Source: Terriglobia bacterium (GTDB lineage: Bacteria; Acidobacteriota; Terriglobia; JAJPHL01; JAPKYU01). From it: a stretch of DNA of 64,000 nucleotides. Shown here in pieces: positions 58,188 through 64,000 of the stretch; position 1 is the stretch's first letter; each line of letters opens with the position of its first letter. The notes below the pieces were generated by a model. That model was not told where the DNA came from. It saw nothing but the letters and a program-made list of their open reading frames with translations, and did no database searches. Location of the stretch: the NCBI GenBank assembly GCA_965223005.1, contig CBDCVK010000002.1, positions 160,001 to 224,000 of the forward strand, read 5' to 3'. A program made the translations under genes and the position numbers.

Positions 58188-58270
58188 GTGCGCTGCGTGG
58201 CAGCATCGGTAAACACTACTAGTGGGGGTAAGCGTCTTATACTCAGGGACTTGGACCGACGCGAAGCGGC

Positions 58271-58444
58271 CTATTGCACGGCGATGGTGACCGTGTTGCT
58301 CGGGACGCCGTTTTGAAGCAGCAGCAACGGCACAGCCGGCCCCGGTTCCACCTCGGCCGGGATTTCTACATTGACTTGGTACAGTCCCACAAACCCTGGC
58401 GCCAGCCCGGCAAAGTGCACCGTCGGCTGCGCTACATCAGTGAG
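58271..58444 (-). pseudogene. C-terminal fragment of a TIGR03437-like protein
   Basis: FAGLAPGFVGLYQVNVEIPAEVEPGPAVPLLLLQNGVPSN closely parallels the end of the 43029-44195 ORF. Confidence 0.8.
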
Positions 58445-58538
58445 CCAGGCTGCAGATTGTCGTACTTGAGCAGTCCTGCACCTCCTGGGCCCGGTTGGCG
58501 CGTTCCTAGAAAAGGTGCGATCTTGCTCGCGGGGACGA

Positions 58539-59084
58539 CTACGGAGACTCGGTGGGGCGGCTCCGGTGGAGCGCCTTCCGCTTCTCCCATTTGCGCTGCT
58601 CCCATGCCACGTAACAAATAGCGCCCCACAAAAACAGGACCCCAATGAACGCGAAGACGCACAGCGACCCGACGGTCCTGGATTGGAACAGAGCTGGGAG
58701 TTCCGCGCACTCAACCGCCCGGACGAGGACCGCGTAGAACAACGCCAAGTAAACACAGCTGGCTGTCGTTGTATACGCCACCAACACGGTCGGGCTCTTT
58801 GTCCACGACGGTCTCAGGATGAGCACCATCCCAAGGAAAGCCACCGCCCCCAGAAGGGTCGCAAGGATCCAGACGACGCTGAGCGCCGTATTGTCATATC
58901 GAGGCCCGGTGTAGTTGTGGGAATCCAGGATGGCCGTCCAGATTCCCACCGCGTGGAGCAAGGTCGAAAGCAGCAGCATCGCTGCGCCGAACGCCAGCTT
59001 CCGTTTCAAGCTCCAGTCGGGCGGAGGGCCTAGCGGAGGCCCGTCTCCGGCTAGGTTGCCCGCGGCCTCGGCATCCGTGATCAT
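58539..59084 (-). CDS. Hypothetical membrane protein (~4 TM)
   Basis: Four hydrophobic segments. Confidence 0.65.
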   Translation of the reverse strand: MITDAEAAGNLAGDGPPLGPPPDWSLKRKLAFGAAMLLLSTLLHAVGIWTAILDSHNYTGPRYDNTALSVVWILATLLGAVAFLGMVLILRPSWTKSPTVLVAYTTTASCVYLALFYAVLVRAVECAELPALFQSRTVGSLCVFAFIGVLFLWGAICYVAWEQRKWEKRKALHRSRPTESP

Positions 59085-59340
59085 GGGCGGATTCCAACGC
59101 GTCGGCGGATCTGATCCCGCAGCGCCGTCAACTCAGGCTCGCGCATCCCGGCTCTCAGCTTCAGGCTGACGCCGTCGCCTGCGATCTCGGCCACCGCTTT
59201 CCCCTGGCACAGCAGAACCTCAGCCCCCGGAGTTTGTGGATGATCTGCTTTACGGAATTCTTCTTCCTGGGCACTCTGACCTCCTCCGCAACGGCCCAAC
59301 TCTAACATTCCAACTGGACCGATTTTAGGAGGTCAGATCA

Positions 59341-59817
59341 CTATCGGGCGACCACACGAAACACAACCAGGCCCGGCGCCGTGCCGTACAGGGCGTTGCC
59401 CTCACGGCTCCACTGTAAGTCTTCTCTTGAGGCTTCGAGCTGGGTGAGAAAGCCCTCTAGAGCTGGGTTCTGATCGGGACCGGGGCCGCGGGCACCCCCT
59501 GCGCCTGTCGTCCATGCCGACTCTTGGCCCGGTGGAACACGGACAAAGCCGACAACCTCCCATTCAGACGGACCAGGCACAAGTCCTCGGGAGTTATCGT
59601 GAAACCAGCCTTCGTATTCAATCTCCGAGGGTTCGGCGCGCAGAGGAATGAATCTCGAGAGTTGAACTTTTTGTTCCGTAAGGGATTTACCTTCCGAACT
59701 GAGCCTTTCAGGCGCACGTCCGGGCGGGCCGCCGCAACTCGAGAGAAACGCAATCGATGCCGTGGCAAGTGCAAGAGAAGACCAAGCTATCCGGGAGACT
59801 TCTTTGCAAGCTGTCAT
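59341..59817 (-). CDS. Hypothetical lipoprotein
   Basis: Hydrophobic signal ending in LSSC lipobox-like motif. Confidence 0.6.
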   Translation of the reverse strand: MTACKEVSRIAWSSLALATASIAFLSSCGGPPGRAPERLSSEGKSLTEQKVQLSRFIPLRAEPSEIEYEGWFHDNSRGLVPGPSEWEVVGFVRVPPGQESAWTTGAGGARGPGPDQNPALEGFLTQLEASREDLQWSREGNALYGTAPGLVVFRVVAR

Positions 59818-60003
59818 CCTTACTCTTGCACTTCTGCGTTCTCGTTCGGCTGAGCACCCACAGCAAACCACGGTTCGGATTGGTTAGTTTGGCTCACTGC
59901 GACCCAATTGTTGTGGAACATACAATAGAACATCCCGCACGCGCGCGAAAGCCTTTGGAGACACCATCGTGTAGGCAACTACAATAGAATAGCGACCGCG
60001 CTC

Positions 60004-60865
60004 ATGAGTGATCGGAGCCTAGAGTTCAAGCAAGGCATGGGCTGTGTAGCCCTGTTGTTGCTCGGTCTTCCTTCTACCGGGATTGGCATAGGTTCTCTCT
60101 TGTCGCTCTTTTCGGCATACCAGCGCAAGCACCACGGTGATTTCGTGAGCACTGGGTTCACCATTCTGTTCGGGTTTCTCTTTCTTGCAATCGGGCTGTA
60201 CATCACTTTCCGGCGAGCTGGGGTGAGGGTCGATGGCGAACGCCGGAGTTTTGAAGACTGGGACGGCTTTCTATGGCTGCGGCGGTCAGAATGTCACCCG
60301 TTTTCGGACTTTGACGCCATGGTTGTGCGAGGCCGCAAGGGCAAAAAGACTTTTCTCGTCAAGGCCGAAGGCATCCAAAAGGATCTTCTTTTGACCACAG
60401 CCAAGGATCATGCAAAGGCTGTCGATCTCGCCGCTCGGGTCTCGCTCCTGACAGGTTTGGGGATGAAAGATGCCAGCCTCATGGAACCTTCTCTCGCGGC
60501 TGAACCCGCGCCTCCGGCGGGGGCCGAAAGAAGTGCTCGCCGGAGCGAACCAGCGGCAAGCCCGGGGGGAATACAGGATATTTCTTCGGAATCACAATTT
60601 GTACTAGTGCTGATGGAGGTGCCCGATGGAGGTGCCCCGGAACAAGATTTCCGTTATCAAGGCGGTTCGCGAGATCGCAGGCCTGGACCTCAGGGAACAA
60701 GAAGCAAGGCGGTTCGGAACTGCAGGTGGAGAGGAAGCAAAGGAACTGGTGGAGAGCCCAGTGAAGGCGGTGTCATCGCGAGAAGAGGCGGAGCGCCTGC
60801 AAAGAAAGCTCAGCGAGGCCGGTGCGAGTGTCGAACTGAAACTGCGGCGGCTCTCTTCTTCGTGA
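60004..60865 (+). CDS. Membrane protein fused to a ribosomal L7/L12 C-terminal-like domain, interrupted by a 13-bp duplication
   Basis: 2 TM helices, then frame 60626-60865: [19 protein letters not shown]...EAKELVE...[17 protein letters not shown]. Confidence 0.7.
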
Positions 60866-60885
60866 AGGCTTTGGGGGTGAGATGG

Positions 60886-61158
60886 TCAAAGCCCTCGAAG
60901 CACGTATTGAACATCTCGGTTCTGGCTTAGAAGGCCCATCAATAGGATCATAAACAGCCCCAGGCCGAAGATGATCAGTCCGTGTCGCCTGGAGGCCTTA
61001 TTGTACTTGCGCTGCTTTACCCCCTCGATCCGGGTCTTGCCCAGCCAAATGGACGCCCCGATCACAATCCCGAGGACGCCCCCCAGAAGGGAAAGGAAGT
61101 AACCCGCTATCAATAGTCCTTTTCCGACTGATTGGCTCTGCTGTAGTTGGGAATTCAT
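60886..61158 (-). CDS. Small 2-TM membrane protein
   Basis: GYFLSLLGGVLGIVIG...KYNKASRRHG; GTTAGGAG just upstream. Confidence 0.7.
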   Translation of the reverse strand: MNSQLQQSQSVGKGLLIAGYFLSLLGGVLGIVIGASIWLGKTRIEGVKQRKYNKASRRHGLIIFGLGLFMILLMGLLSQNRDVQYVLRGL

Positions 61159-61298
61159 TGCTCAGTCTCCTAACGAATTTCAGCAGCCGGTTGCCTTCGA
61201 CGGATCAGACTCTAACAAAAAGAGGCCTTTGTGAACAGATTTCCTGGGCGGGACTCAGCACCCCTCTGCGGTTGTGGTAGAGTCCAACGGTTCGGGGC

Positions 61299-62081
61299 AT
61301 GATGAAACTGCTCGCGGTTGTCTCGGCAACGGTCATAGCAGCGCTGGGGGCCATTGCGCTTCCACCCTCCGAGGTTCCCACGGCCAAAGTGAACTCGGAA
61401 GACGGGCTCAAATACGTCTGGATTCCGCCCGGCAAATTCATGATGGGGTGCTCGGAGGGAGATAGGGGGTGCCTTCCTGATGAAAATCCAGCTCATGAAG
61501 TAACAATCAGCAAGGGCTTCTGGATGGGACAGACCGAAGTCACTGTGGGCGCGTACAAGCGATTTGCGAATGCCACGGAAAGAACGATGCCCAACGCCAC
61601 GGGTTGGAATCCCGATTGGCGCAACGAGCAAATGCCGATGACCAAGGCCACGTGGGGGGACGCGGACGCTTACTGCCGCTGGGCCGGCGGGCGATTGCCG
61701 ACCGAAGCAGAATGGGAATACGCGGCGCGCGCCGGGAGCACCGTAGCCGTCTACGGTCCCCTGGACGAGATCGCCTGGACCTGGGCCAAAGGCCGCCGTG
61801 GTCCAAGCGAAGTAGCAATGAAGCGACCGAACGATTTTGGGTTGTTCGACACGCTGGGAAACGAGTATGAGTGGGTGAATGACTGGTATGAGGAGGATTA
61901 CTTCTCCGATAGCCCCGCAACGGACCCGAGGGGCCCGCCGAGCGGAGTAACGCGAGTCGTGCGAGGTGGGGAGTGGGCCGGCATCGGGAAGTTCGCGCGA
62001 GTTTCTGCCCGCCGCAGCTGGTTTCCAGACAGCTCCGAATTCGGCGGCGGCTTTCGGTGTGCGCTCCAACCAGGTCCCTAG
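61299..62081 (+). CDS. Formylglycine-generating enzyme (FGE-sulfatase) family protein
   Basis: IPPGKFMMG, TEVT, RLPTEAEWEYAAR, PNDFGLFDTLGN..EW, RGG.W, GFRC. Confidence 0.92.
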   Translation: MMKLLAVVSATVIAALGAIALPPSEVPTAKVNSEDGLKYVWIPPGKFMMGCSEGDRGCLPDENPAHEVTISKGFWMGQTEVTVGAYKRFANATERTMPNATGWNPDWRNEQMPMTKATWGDADAYCRWAGGRLPTEAEWEYAARAGSTVAVYGPLDEIAWTWAKGRRGPSEVAMKRPNDFGLFDTLGNEYEWVNDWYEEDYFSDSPATDPRGPPSGVTRVVRGGEWAGIGKFARVSARRSWFPDSSEFGGGFRCALQPGP

Positions 62082-62225
62082 GGCCTTAAAGTTGACTGTC
62101 GATGATCTCATTCCGGTCCGGATCGACGACGAAGATCCCATCATTGGATTTCCCAAAGATCTTGTGAAATGGCTCTTGGCTTCTGCCCGGAGCCTCTCCA
62201 GTCCGTTCGCGCTGTTTCTTTAACG
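62082..62225 (-). pseudogene. PAS-domain sensor gene fragment
   Basis: Start-less frame FHKIFGKSNDGIFVVDPDRNEIID, then VNFKA after a 1-nt shift. Confidence 0.45.
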
Positions 62226-62308
62226 ATTCGAGCGCGGATACTCTCTCGCGACGCCGGATAGGTCCCCACTAACGGGCTAGCGCTTATCAATCCCGGTTTC
62301 ACATGGCC

Positions 62309-62394
62309 GTATAGTCGGCTTACCGGACAAGTGCCTACCTTGAGGCAGCGTCACTGCGCGGTACGAGGGCACTTGTCCGGTTAGCGCGTTATAC
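62309..62394. repeat. 86-bp attC-like imperfect palindrome (contains copy 2 of the 26-bp repeat)
   Basis: gtatagt-cggctt-accggacaagtgcc ... ggcacttgtccggt-tagcgc-gttatac; 14-bp perfect arms. Confidence 0.7.
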
Positions 62395-62698
62395 GTCCAA
62401 GTGGCGCACCGCTGAGCGGGTGGGGGTATGAGCATTTCCGAGTACGCCGGAGACGACGGGATTTCAGGACCTGGCGAGGACCGCTCGGAGCCCCCAGAGA
62501 GAAGAACTGTGCTGGAAGGACTCAGTTGGAGGCCGATGGTTGTATATTTACGAGTGCCGGAGGGCCAAAAAACTAATTCCGGTTAAAATAACCCATTGGC
62601 GAGGAGACCTCCCGAGTGGGTGATCGCACGGGACGTCACACGAGCTATCCATCCGGGGCAACCGTTGACCGTACGCTCCCCCTTAAAGACATAACTTT

Positions 62699-63907
62699 AT
62701 GATTTCAAAGGCTGAATTCAGATTATCCAAGCTCCTCCTGCTTACGGTTGGCCATTTTACGGTGGACTTCTATGGCGGGTTTATTCCCGTGCTGGTGCCG
62801 GTGTTGCAGCGGGCCTTGGGTTTTACGCTTACCGAGGCGGCCATCCTGGTTTCGGCCTTTTCGCTTTCGGTCACATTCTCCCAGGCACTTTTTGGGGTGT
62901 TGTTCGACCGCTGGCGCAGTGTGCGCCTGGTGGCCTTCGCTCCCATGCTCGCCGCAGTCACACTGAGTTGTATCGGGATCATGCCTTCCTACATCAGTCT
63001 GATTTTCCTGGTCATCGCCGGCGGTCTGAGCATTGCCGCATTTCATCCCTACGGCGCATCCCTGGCGGCGATCGAAAGCGGGCCCCGGCACAGTGTCGGA
63101 ATGTCCATCTTCGTCACCGGCGGGGTGATGGGCGTGGCCGTGGGAGCCCTGGTGGCCGCGGCGCTGGTCGACTGGGGAGGATTGTCCGCGACGGTTTATG
63201 CCGTCGTTTTCGGATGTCTGGTTGCCTTCCTGATTCGCCGCAACATCAACGGAAGGCCCGTGCCTCAGGAGGGAAAATCTCAGGGGGCGGGAACCCTGCC
63301 AACGGGCTACGGATTACTGTTTGGCCTGGGAATTCTCTCCATGCTTCGCGCATTTGTAATCCTGGGCTTTCAGACCTTTGTGCCGCTCTACTTGACCGAA
63401 CTCGGCACCCCGCTCCCTACCGTGGGCCTGACCTTCTTTGTGTTCGGGATTGCGGGAGGAATCGGCGGCTTGACGGGCGGTACCTGGGCCGAGCGCATCG
63501 GCGAAAAGGGAGTCCTGTTTGCATCCTTCCTGATTCCCATCCCGCTCTTGCTCGGATATCTCCTTTTGGGGACTTCCGTTGCGGGCATCGCGTGCTTCGG
63601 ACTGGCGGGGTATTCCCTCTTCACCGGAGTGCCCATTCTGATCGCCATCAGCCAGCGCAGCTTTCCCCGGCGAGTGGGGACGATTTCGAGCTTCGTGATG
63701 GGCGTGAGCTGGGGGATGGCGGCAATCGGCATTACCCCGGCGGGAATGTTCGCCGAAAGATTCGGGCTTTACTCGACCCTTTGGGTTCTGGGGCTGACCG
63801 GTTTCGTGGGATTCCCGGTGGCGGTCTTGCTGTTTCGCAGGCAACCCGTGCCGGCGATTCCCCCCGCCCAGAACGAGGTCAAGGAAATCGACTGGGAAGC
63901 GACCTGA
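62699..63907 (+). CDS. MFS transporter (Fsr-like)
   Basis: GHFTVDFY, FHPYG, MSIFVTGG, ~12 TM segments. Confidence 0.9.
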   Translation: MISKAEFRLSKLLLLTVGHFTVDFYGGFIPVLVPVLQRALGFTLTEAAILVSAFSLSVTFSQALFGVLFDRWRSVRLVAFAPMLAAVTLSCIGIMPSYISLIFLVIAGGLSIAAFHPYGASLAAIESGPRHSVGMSIFVTGGVMGVAVGALVAAALVDWGGLSATVYAVVFGCLVAFLIRRNINGRPVPQEGKSQGAGTLPTGYGLLFGLGILSMLRAFVILGFQTFVPLYLTELGTPLPTVGLTFFVFGIAGGIGGLTGGTWAERIGEKGVLFASFLIPIPLLLGYLLLGTSVAGIACFGLAGYSLFTGVPILIAISQRSFPRRVGTISSFVMGVSWGMAAIGITPAGMFAERFGLYSTLWVLGLTGFVGFPVAVLLFRRQPVPAIPPAQNEVKEIDWEAT

Positions 63908-64000
63908 TCTTTTCCCTTATTCCGCCAGGTAAATTCTTCTTGAAAGAAAAACCCAGGGCTGCGGATTTCCGATGGAAATCCAACCTTGCCTGGGATTCCC

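Noticed and set aside
60638-60930. Arg/Gly-rich C-terminus of the 308-aa ORF
   Set aside because: Product of the 13-bp duplication; the other frame encodes the recognisable L7/L12-like domain
62633-62640. Inverted TGTGACGT arm site marking attR of the element
   Set aside because: Single 8-bp match expected by chance; no tRNA 3'-end duplication next to it

Overview
GC-rich bacterial chromosomal window, most likely Acidobacteriota (inferred from a Solibacter-type TIGR03437-like C-terminal domain, acidobacterial-style PilZ/TonB proteins and the TamB/BamA/SurA block). Bases 1-~50.4 kb are mostly housekeeping: ilvN-ilvC-cimA, aspartokinase-hom, two divergent LysR genes, TSUP-cysH, trpCFBA-chorismate mutase-tyrA, trmFO-xerC, tamB/bamA, moeB and rsmI. 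From tRNA-Arg(CCG) at 50611 there is an integrated satellite-like element: integrase, MerR-type regulator, excisionase, DUF5659-like gene, Prim-Pol/helicase and an iteron origin. It is followed by ~7 kb of small accessory genes, gene fragments and integron attC/attI-like sites with no intI in view. The most striking signals lie below the ORF-track cut-off. One is a cysteine-codon leader peptide with a complete 1-2-3-4 transcription-attenuator layout upstream of the sulfur genes (12464-12641, minus strand). The other is a leaderless Thr-only leader peptide attenuator upstream of aspartokinase (3407-3579). All calls come from reading the sequence by eye; no database searches or folding were run.
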